Below are positions 63,751-64,000 of a stretch of 64,000 bases of DNA, piece by piece. Location: contig NC_057752.1 in assembly GCF_004010195.1 (NCBI RefSeq), positions 541,908 to 605,907 on the forward strand. The letters run 5' to 3'. Numbering within the stretch: the first letter of the stretch is position 1; each line of letters starts with the position of its first letter. The notes under the pieces are model-generated. The model did no database searches and was not told the DNA's origin. It was given only the letters and a program-made list of their open reading frames with translations. The position numbers were made by a program, and so were the translations under genes. The DNA is from Chiloscyllium plagiosum. Its lineage: Eukaryota.

Positions 63751-64000
63751 AAAGGAGCCATGTCCCATGAATCCTGAAATCCTATTTGAACTTGGGATGC
63801 CGTAAAGCGCTTCATAACCAATGAAGTATTTTTGAACTGCAGTTCTTTTTTTTTTAAATTGAAGCGTATGAAACACAAGCCAATTTGCACGCCAAGCTCC
63901 CACAGATAGTGATGTGATAAATGACTAGATCATCTGTTCTTGGACAGTGATTGATTGGGAATGAATGTTGGCCCCAGGACACCAGGGCGAACTCCCCTTG

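Overview
Repeat-dense vertebrate genomic DNA, most likely from a cartilaginous fish (shark). This is inferred from HE1-like SINEs, CR1 LINEs, DeuSINEs and Penelope-like families. The only host gene I can support is CDK4 on the + strand: seven coding exons (44376-63032) with canonical GT-AG junctions that splice into an intact 297-aa kinase, behind a CpG-rich candidate promoter at about 36.1-37.3 kb. The rest is nested transposable elements: a full-length but decayed Gmr1-type Gypsy retrotransposon (integrase before RT; 26336-32590), a second decayed Gypsy inside a CDK4 intron, solo LTRs, CR1/L2/Rex1/RTE/Tx1 LINE fragments, SINEs, a 29-bp minisatellite and a 500-N gap. The most unusual signal is a set of very short (about 40-200 bp) Penelope-derived insertions with target-site duplications. 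Several carry minimal hammerhead ribozyme motifs, several are folded back on themselves at the ribozyme, and they share a fixed 3' end.
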